A stretch of 46,081 nucleotides of DNA from a virus (IMGVR_UViG_3300037462_000153:1-46081); one strand, 5' to 3'. Shown: positions 1-8,965, counted from the stretch's first letter. Notes: generated by a model not told the origin, from the letters alone. Made by a program: numbers and translations.

Positions 1-127
1 GCGGGCCGGGGGGTGCGGGGCAAGTGAGGGGGTCAGGTTGGCGGGGGGTTCCGCTCAAACTCTTCGAATTCCGCGGCGGCGGCGTTTTCGACGTGCGTCA
101 GACCGAGAACGACATACCCACGCTGCA
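1..127. repeat. Terminal direct repeat, identical to 45955-46081 (circular assembly overlap)
   Basis: Bases 1-127 recur exactly at 45955-46081. 127 equals a common assembler k-mer, and the overlap cuts through a gene end. Confidence 0.95.
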
Positions 128-401
128 GGCCGAATTGTTCCCACGTGTCATGCAGGACGTAAGCGACCGTTGCAAGCAGTTCGCGGCCCGTGTAGCCGTC
201 ATGATCCTTGGGCGCGTCAACGGGGCGCGAACCGATCGGCCACGGCGGGTTATTCGTAACCAACGCCGGATCCCACTCGCGCAACACCAACGTGTCCTGC
301 GCTTGGAAATCTCGGTCATTCTTACGAATTTCGAAAGTCTTGTCGCCGCGCTGCACAGCGTCAAAGTAAACGGGCAGCGTCTTGAGCTTGTGTGTTTTCA
401 T
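33..401 (-). CDS. ASCH/PUA-like (DUF3850-type) protein
   Basis: HKLKTLPVYFDAVQRGDKTFEIRKNDRDFQAQDTLVLREW motif; ATG 401 overlaps the upstream stop (ATGA). Confidence 0.8.
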   Translation of the reverse strand: MKTHKLKTLPVYFDAVQRGDKTFEIRKNDRDFQAQDTLVLREWDPALVTNNPPWPIGSRPVDAPKDHDGYTGRELLATVAYVLHDTWEQFGLQRGYVVLGLTHVENAAAAEFEEFERNPPPT

Positions 402-592
402 GACGTGACCCCCTCGTCGCAAAGAATGAGCTTGTATCCGTGCTCGTTTTCTTCGTCCAAACCGTGCCACTTTCCGTAACGCCCCGCTTCGACCGAAATC
501 ACGCGGGTGGTGCCCGGCAACGCGTTGAGGAATTCCAAAAGCTGTTCGTCGGCGCGGTATCCGCCGCCAACTTTGTGAATGGTGTATTTCAT
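398..592 (-). CDS. Hypothetical protein, first gene of a promoter-led cassette
   Basis: AAAGGAG RBS before ATG 592; coupled to the next gene. Confidence 0.65.
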   Translation of the reverse strand: MKYTIHKVGGGYRADEQLLEFLNALPGTTRVISVEAGRYGKWHGLDEENEHGYKLILCDEGVTS

Positions 593-623
593 GGGGCCAA
601 CTCCTTTTGTAAGTGCCGGCCCC

Positions 624-651
624 ACCATAGCTTATTTGACGGTCGCGTCAA
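624..651 (-). promoter_or_regulatory. TTGAC-N6-GTCAA palindrome (636-651) overlapping a sigma70-like promoter
   Basis: TTGACGGTCGCGTCAA; minus strand reads TTGACG-16-TATGGT. Confidence 0.7.
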
Positions 652-1094
652 GTGCGTTCCACTTTGCCCGTCACACTCTGCAACATCTGCCCGGTATCCA
701 CCAGTGGTTTGTCGAAGCCCTTGCGGGCGACCGTGACGGGCGACAGCGGCGGCGACGTGACGGCTTGGATCTTCTCCGCCACATTACCCGCAGCCGCCAG
801 CGTGACCATTTCAAGCACCTGCTCGGGGGCCGGCCCGCCATTCAACGACGCCTTGGCGCCCTCGCCGAGCAACTGGATCCATTCGCCCCCATGATCGGCA
901 ACAGCGGGCCGCGCGAACGGACGGGCGGGAATGCGGGGCGTGCCAAACTCGTGGATCGTGGCCGCGTACGCCACAGCCGTGCCGTCGGGATAATGCGCCG
1001 TCTCAAACCAGCCGGTTTTACCTTCCAGGCCGTCGAGCCCCTTGATCGCGGCGAGCACCTTGGCCGTGCCGGGGCCTTCGCGCCGCACGGTCAC
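648..1094 (-). CDS. Neck / virion morphogenesis protein
   Basis: VAYAATIHEFG, IPARPF and KGFDKPLVDTGQMLQSVT motifs; position in the head-tail block. Confidence 0.8.
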   Translation of the reverse strand: MTVRREGPGTAKVLAAIKGLDGLEGKTGWFETAHYPDGTAVAYAATIHEFGTPRIPARPFARPAVADHGGEWIQLLGEGAKASLNGGPAPEQVLEMVTLAAAGNVAEKIQAVTSPPLSPVTVARKGFDKPLVDTGQMLQSVTGKVERT

Positions 1095-1273
1095 AGCACC
1101 ACCAAAAGCTTGCGTTCGCCGTCAACCTGCAGGCACGTGCCTTTCGCATCGACCAGCTGATAAAGGCGGATGGCTTGCCGCAGCACGGCGGTTTTCGACA
1201 TACCCTTGGCCTCGGCCAGTTTCTCCAGCACTTCGTTTTCCGCGTCGGGCAGATTAAGCGTGACGGTGGCCAT
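1091..1273 (-). CDS. Ribbon-helix-helix (CopG-like) DNA-binding protein
   Basis: MATVTLNLPDAENEVLEKLAEAKGMSKTAVLRQAI is a typical RHH pattern. Confidence 0.75.
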   Translation of the reverse strand: MATVTLNLPDAENEVLEKLAEAKGMSKTAVLRQAIRLYQLVDAKGTCLQVDGERKLLVVL

Positions 1274-1274
1274 G

Positions 1275-1718
1275 TTAGAACAGCCCCCCGACTTTGCGGA
1301 ATGCGGCGCGCTCGGGCAACCCGCCGATGTACGGCCCGACGTTCGCGGCCGCGCGCAGGAGCGCCCAAAGCTGCGAGCCGTACGGCGTCGTTGCAAGCCA
1401 GTATTCCCAGCCGTTCGTTGCGGGCGGCGGCATGTTGGTGATTGTGACTTTGTCAATGGTGGCCGAGGTCAGCACGCCGATCGTGGGCGTTACGCCGCCG
1501 TTCGCCAGCAGCACGTTGATCTGCACCAGATGCGCGGTCATGAGGTTCAACGCAAGTTGCAACTGCTCGCCGCCCAACAGACACGTGTCGTACTTGAGGA
1601 TATATGCGGTTGCGGCGGTCCACTGCGCGGACAGATAGACGTCGGGGAAGGTGGTCGTGTTAGCGAACGCCGGATAAAGCAGCCGGAACGTTGTGACGTC
1701 AAAAGTGTGCTCGGCCAT
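1275..1718 (-). CDS. Head-tail adaptor (DUF4054-like)
   Basis: FDVTTFRLLYPAF, LNLMTAHL and WLATTPYGSQLWALL motifs; start revised to ATG 1718 with GGAG RBS. Confidence 0.8.
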   Translation of the reverse strand: MAEHTFDVTTFRLLYPAFANTTTFPDVYLSAQWTAATAYILKYDTCLLGGEQLQLALNLMTAHLVQINVLLANGGVTPTIGVLTSATIDKVTITNMPPPATNGWEYWLATTPYGSQLWALLRAAANVGPYIGGLPERAAFRKVGGLF

Positions 1719-1737
1719 GCGGTGCGCTCCAAATGAT

Positions 1738-1779
1738 AACGGCCCGCATGATAGCGGGCCGTTGGGCGTGGGGCAAGTG
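1738..1779 (-). promoter_or_regulatory. Hairpin-embedded promoter/terminator element, copy 1
   Basis: Perfect 10-bp inverted repeat AACGGCCCGC-ATGATA-GCGGGCCGTT; minus strand reads TTGCCC-17-TATCAT; near-identical copy at 45939-45980. Confidence 0.6.
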
Positions 1780-1840
1780 AACCGGATGCTGCAGTTTCGA
1801 CCCGTCCGGCGCGGATCCGCATAACGCACCAGCAGCGTTG

Positions 1841-2275
1841 CTATGCCTTCCGGCTGTTCCGGCCCTTCGCGGGCTTGTCGTCGTCCTCGGCTGCGGCAGT
1901 CGGCTTGAAAGACCCCTCCAGACCGTCGGTGTTAACCCCGGCCGGCGGCGCGTCAAAGTCCGCATCGACGAGCGGGGCCGACTGGTCGCGGGTTTCCATT
2001 TCCGTGGCGACCTTCTCGGCGTCGGCCTTCTTGTTCTCAACCTTGATGAACCCGTTTTCCATGTGCAGCTTGAATACGGGATGCTGCGCGAGCCATTCAT
2101 AGTCCTCGTCGGTCACCTCGGTCATGTAGCCGATCGACGTCAGCATATGCTTGCTCGGCAGGTTCGAACCGCCCTTGATGGTCACGGCGCGTTCGGTCAC
2201 CGGCATGTCGCCCCCGCCTGGAACGGTCTTCGTGTAGGTGTTGGACGCGGTGAGCGTGCTGAATACGTATTTCAT
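1841..2275 (-). CDS. Conserved virion-cluster hypothetical protein
   Basis: GGAGG RBS; 144 aa; lies between capsid and adaptor genes. Confidence 0.75.
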   Translation of the reverse strand: MKYVFSTLTASNTYTKTVPGGGDMPVTERAVTIKGGSNLPSKHMLTSIGYMTEVTDEDYEWLAQHPVFKLHMENGFIKVENKKADAEKVATEMETRDQSAPLVDADFDAPPAGVNTDGLEGSFKPTAAAEDDDKPAKGRNSRKA

Positions 2276-2316
2276 ATGTGGCCCCTCCTATGGGCTATCT
2301 GGTCAGACGCTGAAAC

Positions 2317-3278
2317 CTACTCTGGTTTGACGGGTGGGTCAACGCGCCGGGCTTTGCCGTTCTTCACGCGCAAGCTCACGGCCCCGTCAGACAGCCCAAG
2401 CGCCCGCGCCATTTCGCGTTGCGACGCATAAACAATGCCGGTTTCCAGATCCTCGACACCCCGGCGGCATTTCTCTGCAGCTAACGCGGCCATGCGCTGA
2501 CAGTTCCGCCGGTTTTCGTCGGACGCGCGCCACCCATCCAAGGCTTTCCGGTTTGTTGCGATGTTGTCGGGGTTTGCGGCCCATGCGTCGTACCCACGCC
2601 GAGCGCTTGCTTTTCCTTCTGGAGTGGCGAGATATGCGCGATTTTTCTCGCGTTGCGCTTGCTTACCGGCATCACTGCGTGGGTCCGGCCGCCCGGTATG
2701 TATGCGGCTCAAGTGCTGGCGAACCTCGGGCGTCATCTGCGCTTTAGTTTTTGCGCTCATGTGGTCCCGCATGCCGGGTTTTGCCCATCTACGCTTAGAC
2801 TGTTCGGAGCGAATTTCCCGCCCACCAGCGTCCAGCCATTCACGATAGGCTGCGATCGTTTCAGCCGCGGGCGCACGCCCCTTTAGTGCTTTAGATAGTT
2901 TGGCGTTGCGCTCTGGATTAGCCCATACCTTTTCCGTCATGACGACGTGAACTCTCGACCCTTTAGGCGCGTGCATTCCTCCCCCGCCCTCGGTCAAATT
3001 ATACCCCTTTGCGGGGTTCAGGGCGTCAAAAAGATCAATTGCCGCGCGTTCCGCAACCGCGCATTCTTCGCGATTTCCATGCTCGGAAATTACGTGAAAT
3101 CGAGGCTCGCCATGTTTGCGCCAGGCTCGGTAAACCGGCAAATCCTTGCCCTTCTTAGCGTCCCGGCGGTGGTTAAGAAAACGCGCTGTGTACAGGCCCT
3201 TCGCGTCTGTCCGGCTCATGCCGACGTAAAATTTTTCGTTCGGAAAACCAGTAGGTACACAAAGAAAATTTGACGCAT
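2317..3278 (-). mobile_element. Free-standing GIY-YIG homing endonuclease gene with a frameshift near its 5' end
   Basis: ATG 3278 reads MRQIFFVYLLVF; the -1 frame reads PNEKFYVGMS...KGYNLTEGG; NUMOD3-like repeats and C-terminal HTH (YASQREMARALGLS). Confidence 0.75.
2327..2342 (-). promoter_or_regulatory. TTGAC-N6-GTCAA palindrome / promoter
   Basis: TTGACGGGTGGGTCAA; minus strand reads TTGACC-17-TAGGTT. Confidence 0.6.
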
Positions 3279-3313
3279 GAAAAAGCTCCCCAAGTTAATG
3301 ACCTGGGGAGCTT
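3279..3313 (-). terminator. Intrinsic terminator-like hairpin after the capsid gene that also sequesters the endonuclease RBS
   Basis: AAGCUCCCCAGGU-CAUUA-ACUUGGGGAGCUU followed by UUUC-AUG. Confidence 0.7.
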
Positions 3314-3351
3314 AACACCCCTTGCGGGGCTTGTCTATTTAATTCTATTTT

Positions 3352-4485
3352 TCAGATGCCGGAGTATCTGACGATTGCCCACGGACGCTTGAGCATGACG
3401 CCCGCAAGCGCGTTGGTGTAATCCTCAACGTACGACTTGGCGCGCTGTTCCACGCCGAGCGACTGCATTTTGGCCGGTACGATCTGGTCGAACGTACGAC
3501 CGCCGTCGCTCGAGCCGTCCGGCACGCTGTCGGCGTAGAGATAGAAGACCGCCGCGCCGCCGTTGGCCGCGTTCAGTTCCGGCGCCGTGACCACCCGCAG
3601 ATTGGGGTAGGTCTGCCGCATCCAATCGCGCACCGAGATGCCGAAATCGGACGTAACCGTGAGGTACTGCGCGCGGTTGGTCGCGAGGCCCATGGTCATG
3701 GCCGTGCGTTCCGGGTCGATGTTGTCGCCGGACTGCGTCTGCAGGGCCGCAACGGCGGTGCGGATATCAGCCGTGATCTGCAAGAACGTCTTCGTGCTCC
3801 AGAGGGTCGACGAGCCGGTTCCGGTGGCTGCAACAGTGACGTATGCCGGCAGGTTCGGGTCGTTCAGGAAACCGAACGTACGGCCCGCGCCGCTGATATA
3901 ACCATAGAAGCCGACGCGATTGCGCAGGATTTCCAGAGCAACAGCAACCGCGGCGCGTTTCTCGGCTGGGCTGTTGATGTTCGGAATACGCGACGTGCGG
4001 GCTTCCTCGAGACGGCCAACGTTGAGGCCGAGCTCAAAGCGGACGACGGTGCGCCGCTCAAAGCTGTTGTTCCAGGACGCCAGCGGAATGTTGTTGGCGT
4101 CGCCGTACGGCTGCGGGTTGCCGGTCGGCTCCAGAACCTGCTGGACGACTTCTTCGTCTTCCCACGAACCGCCCACGGTCATGCCGATCAGTTCGTCAAT
4201 GCGACGGGCGGCGGTGATCGTGCGGACCAGACCGGGCAACCAGTTCTGCAGGAACTGTGCCGGCGTGGAAATCGTACCGGGCTGAATGGTCGGCGTGAGG
4301 GTGTTGGCGTCCATAGCCATGCCGACGGCGCGGGCCATATCGGCAACGTCACGCGGCGAAAGGTTGATGCCGAGGTCGGCAAGCGCCGCGAAGTCCTCGA
4401 CCTGGTCGGCGGCCATGACGAACGGCCCCCGGATCATGGTAGAGGCCGCGAAGTGCTGCCGGATTTGGGTTACGGATTTCGACAT
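3352..4485 (-). CDS. Major capsid protein (DUF2184-like)
   Basis: 377 aa; NRVGFYG, GFLNDPNLP and AGVMLKRPWAIVRYSGI motifs; follows the protease and decoration genes. Confidence 0.9.
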   Translation of the reverse strand: MSKSVTQIRQHFAASTMIRGPFVMAADQVEDFAALADLGINLSPRDVADMARAVGMAMDANTLTPTIQPGTISTPAQFLQNWLPGLVRTITAARRIDELIGMTVGGSWEDEEVVQQVLEPTGNPQPYGDANNIPLASWNNSFERRTVVRFELGLNVGRLEEARTSRIPNINSPAEKRAAVAVALEILRNRVGFYGYISGAGRTFGFLNDPNLPAYVTVAATGTGSSTLWSTKTFLQITADIRTAVAALQTQSGDNIDPERTAMTMGLATNRAQYLTVTSDFGISVRDWMRQTYPNLRVVTAPELNAANGGAAVFYLYADSVPDGSSDGGRTFDQIVPAKMQSLGVEQRAKSYVEDYTNALAGVMLKRPWAIVRYSGI

Positions 4486-4497
4486 TCAAGCCTCTCC

Positions 4498-5040
4498 TTA
4501 CGCGATCGCGTCAAGTTCGATAACGGCCAGACCAGCCGCCGCGCTTTCGAAGCGGGCGACCCGGCCATTCGGGACACGGGCGGTCCCGGCCGGTGCGGAT
4601 GCGCCAGGCGCCGTGGTCTGCAGCGCGCCGGTCGTGGTGTTGTACCAGACCCAATCGCCGACCGAGTACGCCGTGGACACGGACACGATGATGCCGGCGG
4701 TCTGCTGCACGAGCTCCACAATGCTTTCATCGGGCAACGTCAGCGACGACGCAAGCGTGCCGCCGGCAACGGTGCCGCGAAGCACGTAGTTCTTGGGGAG
4801 CGCCAGGATACCGGCGAATACGCCCGTACCGCCCGCCGCAACCGTGATGGGCTTGGGATCCGCCGACGTCTCGAAAGACGCAGTGCCCTGTCCGCTGACC
4901 GTGAAAGCACGGCCCACCACGTTGTTGGCCGGGTCGGCGCTGTCCAGCTTCGCCGGCTGCGCGCGGGTCGGGCCGTCGAGGTAGATTTCGCCGACGACGC
5001 CGAAACCGATCTGATTGTCTACTGTGGTCTGAAACGGCAT
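4498..5040 (-). CDS. Capsid decoration/cement protein
   Basis: Start MPFQTTV at 5040; FAGILALPK motif; between protease and MCP. Confidence 0.7.
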   Translation of the reverse strand: MPFQTTVDNQIGFGVVGEIYLDGPTRAQPAKLDSADPANNVVGRAFTVSGQGTASFETSADPKPITVAAGGTGVFAGILALPKNYVLRGTVAGGTLASSLTLPDESIVELVQQTAGIIVSVSTAYSVGDWVWYNTTTGALQTTAPGASAPAGTARVPNGRVARFESAAAGLAVIELDAIA

Positions 5041-5041
5041 G

Positions 5042-6166
5042 TCACTTGCCCTCGTTGTACTTGGCGATCGACGCACGAAGCGGCGACACCTGATTGGCTG
5101 CGTCCATGGCGGCGGCAGCGGTCGGCTTGGCCTTGACCTGCAGGGCCGCGTCGAGCGCAATGGCTTCACCACCCGGCTTGACCTTGAGGGCCAGCTTTTC
5201 GACACCGTAGGCCACGACCTGGGCGTGGGTCATCTTCGAATGATCGAAAACGCCGACGTGCTGCGCGAGGCGGTTGGCCAGATCGGTCTTGTCGGCGAGG
5301 GTGGCCACAACGGCGGCTTCGTCCATGACCGGCTTCGAAGCCAGCTTGTCGACCTTGGCGGCAAGAGCCTTGACCGTCTTGGTCAGTGCGTCCATGGCCT
5401 TGTAATCGCCGTCCTTGGCCGGCTCTTCCATGTCTTCCGACACTTCCGCCTCGGCTTCCATGTCTTCGTCCTTGGCCGGTTCCTCGGTCGCGGGCTTGTC
5501 TTCATCGGCTGCGGGGGTTTCCAGCTTGGCCATGCGATCGCTCAGATCCTTGACCGTGGCGGCCATGGCGTCGAGCACCTTTTTCAGTTCTTCGTCCACG
5601 GGCAAAATCTCCTTTGCGTCGGCCGTGAAAACCATATGATCCATGACGCGAACGCCTGGACCCATACGCCCTTCGTCTACAAGTGCAAGATGATTGCCGC
5701 GAATTTGGCGCTGCACAGCGTCGTAAGGCTGGCCGTTCCAAAAGCCCGGCGTGAAGTCGTACACGCACCGGTATCCACAGGATAGCTCAGTTTTACCGGA
5801 TTTTATCTTTTGAGCAAGTGCGCCGTCGTAAATCTTGAGGTTGGCCAGTAGCGTGCCGTTTTCAAACCGCACGTTTTCCCCAATTACGCCCGACACGCCC
5901 GCCTCGTCCGCAGGCGTGAAGCCCTCGCCCAACATCGTGTGGTCGTCGATGATCGGCAGGAGGCGGAAGGACGCCAAAGCCTCTTCGTGGCCGAGCTCTT
6001 CCGCTGGGCGATACACGCGATAAATGCGCTCGGCGTCGGGCGCCCCGACCTGCGCGCCGCTGTAGGGAAAGATGCCCTCTTTGCTGATCGGGTTGTTTGG
6101 AACCTCAAACCAGCCGTTCAGGTCGTACTTGCGGGCGCTTTGGGCGCGGTCCATTGCGTGAGTCAC
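5042..6166 (-). CDS. Prohead protease-scaffold (DUF2213-like)
   Basis: NPISKEGIFPY, ELSCGY and NHLALVDEGRMG motifs, then an acidic coiled scaffold; GTG 6166 overlaps the upstream TGA. Confidence 0.85.
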   Translation of the reverse strand: MTHAMDRAQSARKYDLNGWFEVPNNPISKEGIFPYSGAQVGAPDAERIYRVYRPAEELGHEEALASFRLLPIIDDHTMLGEGFTPADEAGVSGVIGENVRFENGTLLANLKIYDGALAQKIKSGKTELSCGYRCVYDFTPGFWNGQPYDAVQRQIRGNHLALVDEGRMGPGVRVMDHMVFTADAKEILPVDEELKKVLDAMAATVKDLSDRMAKLETPAADEDKPATEEPAKDEDMEAEAEVSEDMEEPAKDGDYKAMDALTKTVKALAAKVDKLASKPVMDEAAVVATLADKTDLANRLAQHVGVFDHSKMTHAQVVAYGVEKLALKVKPGGEAIALDAALQVKAKPTAAAAMDAANQVSPLRASIAKYNEGK

Positions 6167-6240
6167 AGTAGCGCCCAACCGATCAGAACGCCAAAACCGA
6201 CCAACGCGCCGCCCATGATCCACACGGCGGCTTTCATCAT
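6163..6240 (-). CDS. 25-aa single-TM peptide (not in ORF track)
   Basis: MMKAAVWIMGGALVGFGVLIGWALL; GAGG RBS; GTGA coupling to the protease. Confidence 0.55.
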   Translation of the reverse strand: MMKAAVWIMGGALVGFGVLIGWALL

Positions 6241-6263
6241 TCGGGCCTCTTCGTCGCTGAACA

Positions 6264-7151
6264 TTACGCAGCCTCCGCTTTAAATTCGATCACCGGCACC
6301 ATGCGACACCGGCAGTTGATTAGCTGACCAGGGAAACCCCGTTCGCCCGTGCGATCGTCGATCACGGGTGGGTCGTCCATGGAATACACGTTACCGTTAA
6401 GCACGTTCTTGTGCAACGGGCGCGGCTCTTTCCCGCCGCCGGAATGCAGCCACTTAAATTTGCGAACGCCGAGGCCCTGCATGCGCGCCCGGTTGATCGC
6501 GGTCGTTGCTTTGCTCGTCTGGTCGCGGGCGATCAACGCCGCGCGCTTTTTGGTGATGTTGCCGCGCTTCTCAAGGAACGGCTGCAGATCCGCCATGCCT
6601 CGGCCCGACTGGATAGAGCGCATAACCTCGCCTTCAATCTCCAGGAAGTATTCGCGCGGGATGGACCGGATAAGCGCAACGTTGGATTTGATTGACGCTT
6701 TGACCACATCGGCCACCGCGCCGCTCACAACGTCCGTGCGCAGCGTAACGCCCCCGCTCGCTTTCTTGAGCGACCCCTGCAGACCGACGGCCGCCTGCTT
6801 GCTGATACCGTGCGCCCAAGCCTCGGCCAACCCGCCCGCCTTGTCGGTGAATAGCGCCGTGAACCGCTTCGTCAGCTCGCGCACCAGGCGCGCCGCCATG
6901 CTGGCAAATGACGCGTCCATAGCGAGCCCCGCCTCACGCGCTGCGCTGGTCTTGTAGAGGCGGCGCAACTCGCGCACCGTCGTGGCCTGCATGCGCTCGA
7001 CCATGTCGCGCAATGCGGCGTTGAGCTTTGCCTCTATGACGTCAGGGGGATTTAGGGGCGTGCCGTCAAACTCGTGGCCATCGTCGCCGCGCTGCTCGGC
7101 CCAAAGCTTACGCGTCGGCGACAGGCGGGCTTTGCGTGCTTTCTTGACCAT
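6264..7151 (-). CDS. Minor head morphogenesis protein (Mu F / SPP1 gp7-like)
   Basis: RAALIARDQTSK, KWLHSGG..PRPLH and PGQLINCRC motifs. Confidence 0.88.
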   Translation of the reverse strand: MVKKARKARLSPTRKLWAEQRGDDGHEFDGTPLNPPDVIEAKLNAALRDMVERMQATTVRELRRLYKTSAAREAGLAMDASFASMAARLVRELTKRFTALFTDKAGGLAEAWAHGISKQAAVGLQGSLKKASGGVTLRTDVVSGAVADVVKASIKSNVALIRSIPREYFLEIEGEVMRSIQSGRGMADLQPFLEKRGNITKKRAALIARDQTSKATTAINRARMQGLGVRKFKWLHSGGGKEPRPLHKNVLNGNVYSMDDPPVIDDRTGERGFPGQLINCRCRMVPVIEFKAEAA

Positions 7152-8667
7152 TGAGCAGGCCCTCCAGGTCCAGCGGGTCGTCCCCGTCCGGTATTGCCGG
7201 CGCGTCTAGGTCGGCCAGATCAGTGTAACCGCTGTTGTTGTCGTTCCGCAACCGGTTGCGCGCGTCGATGGCGTCAATCGCGCCGATCGTCACCAGTACG
7301 TTGTCCGTCTCGGCGTTGATCTTGTTGATTTCTGCGTATTCCTTGGCGGTCGGGCTGTCGACCGGGTTCCAGTCGATTTCCACGCGCACGGCCCGCGGGT
7401 CCAGCCCAAGCGCCGGGCCGACGTCCGAGCGCATGACAAGCATGTGGTGACGGTTCACAAAGTCGGTCAGGTCGTTCGCTTGGATAGTCTCGAGCTCTTC
7501 GTGGTAGCTGCGCGCGTCGTATTCGCCCGTTGCGTTGAACCCCTTGGGGCTGGTGCCGAACAGCTTGGTCACGGGTACGCCGGACGCGCTGGCGACGATC
7601 TGGTATTGGGACATGATAACGGCGTCGAGGTCGGCCAGGCTCGTGTCGAACTGCGTCACGGTGTCTTCCGTGTCGGCCAGCTTAACGCCGTAGTTGTCCC
7701 GATAATACGCAAACGCCTGCATGTGCTTCACCATTTTGTCGGTGTCGGTATATGCGGCGGTCAGGTCGGTGTTCTGCACCATCGTGCGCTTTGTCATGGC
7801 TAGCTGCGGCGCTTCGTTCGCCGTGCGCTCGGCCGCATACACGCGCTCATAGATACGCTGCGGGATGCTCACCCCGCCATACATGTACATCGGTTTCAGC
7901 ACGTCCGGCAGTTCGCCCGTGCGGAAGATCATGAGGTGCGAGCGGTGAAACTTCTGCCCGCGGATCAACCACCATTCGGGTTCGTAAAAGTGCATGCTCG
8001 TGGGGTCGGAAGCACTCTCGCCGGACAGCTGCGGAATGCACCAATACGGATCAACCTGCACGATCCCCTTATACGAACCGGGCGTGACGCCGTCGGGGTT
8101 AAACGGCAGTTCATAATACCGGTCGTCTTCGCTCTCAACTTTGAAGAACGCAACGCGGATCCCGAACACGCGGCCCATGCGCACGAATTCGGACAGGTTG
8201 CGAAACAACTGGTGCCGGCGGTCGGCGCGCTTCAGTCGCTCGACAATGTCGGTCTGCTGGTCGTCCGACAGTTCGACCGTCTCGCTGTCGCCATATGCGC
8301 CGATCTCAAACCCATGGCGGATCGCATCACGGGCGGGCATGGTGCAAGCTTTATCAACAAGCCAGTGCTGCGAAATCATCGCGCACGTCTGGTAGCCGAT
8401 AAAGCGCTGCGACGCGTACCAAGCGAGCAGGGCTTCGGGAACTTCAACGATTGCTTGTTTGAACTGCGGGGGAATGCCGGTGCTGTCGTCCATCGCGATA
8501 CCGGCAGGAGCGAGACCGGCCGCCAGTGCTTTGTTGAACCGGGCGAGCACAGCGCTGTCGTGCGCCGGGTCCTGCGGTGCCGTCAAAAAAGCCCCCCGGC
8601 GTTGTGGTGCCGGGGGTTCAGTCGGCGCCCCATTGGAACGCTGGCGGGAGAAAGGCCAAATGCTCAT
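7108..8667 (-). CDS. Portal protein (DUF1073-like)
   Basis: FHRSHLMIF and ASASGVPVTKLFGTSPKGFNATGEYD motifs; likely start ATG 8667. Confidence 0.88.
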   Translation of the reverse strand: MSIWPFSRQRSNGAPTEPPAPQRRGAFLTAPQDPAHDSAVLARFNKALAAGLAPAGIAMDDSTGIPPQFKQAIVEVPEALLAWYASQRFIGYQTCAMISQHWLVDKACTMPARDAIRHGFEIGAYGDSETVELSDDQQTDIVERLKRADRRHQLFRNLSEFVRMGRVFGIRVAFFKVESEDDRYYELPFNPDGVTPGSYKGIVQVDPYWCIPQLSGESASDPTSMHFYEPEWWLIRGQKFHRSHLMIFRTGELPDVLKPMYMYGGVSIPQRIYERVYAAERTANEAPQLAMTKRTMVQNTDLTAAYTDTDKMVKHMQAFAYYRDNYGVKLADTEDTVTQFDTSLADLDAVIMSQYQIVASASGVPVTKLFGTSPKGFNATGEYDARSYHEELETIQANDLTDFVNRHHMLVMRSDVGPALGLDPRAVRVEIDWNPVDSPTAKEYAEINKINAETDNVLVTIGAIDAIDARNRLRNDNNSGYTDLADLDAPAIPDGDDPLDLEGLLNGQESTQSPPVADA

Positions 8668-8698
8668 GGCGTGACTATGCAACGGGCGGCGCGGCGCG

Positions 8699-8965
8699 TC
8701 AATCACCTGCCGCGGCGTTCAGTGCGGCGCGGGCTAGGATCTTCCAACTTTCAAGGCTCAATTCTTCCATGAGCTCTACACTATCATATGGGTCAAAATC
8801 CGGGTCTTCCTTTCGTCGTCTTATCCCAGCCTCAGACCCCACGTAGTGCTCTACCGGATTGAAAAAGTTGAGCGCTTCGGTCTGCATCGCCCTAGCAACC
8901 GCAGTAATTTTCTCATCCGTGAACGTCACATTCGGTTGGGGCGCGGGGGCCTTATCAATTCCCAT
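8699..8965 (-). CDS. Hypothetical protein
   Basis: GGAGG RBS, ATG 8965; part of a coupled cluster. Confidence 0.55.
   Translation of the reverse strand: MGIDKAPAPQPNVTFTDEKITAVARAMQTEALNFFNPVEHYVGSEAGIRRRKEDPDFDPYDSVELMEELSLESWKILARAALNAAAGD

Noticed and set aside
2317-3351. Group I intron around the GIY-YIG gene
   Set aside because: The capsid gene ends with an intact C-terminus and the downstream gene has its own RBS and start, so no split exons are evident.
7108-8667. Anti-CBASS (Acb1) label sometimes attached to DUF1073 proteins
   Set aside because: Size, position and motifs fit a plain portal, and I saw no fused phosphoesterase domain.
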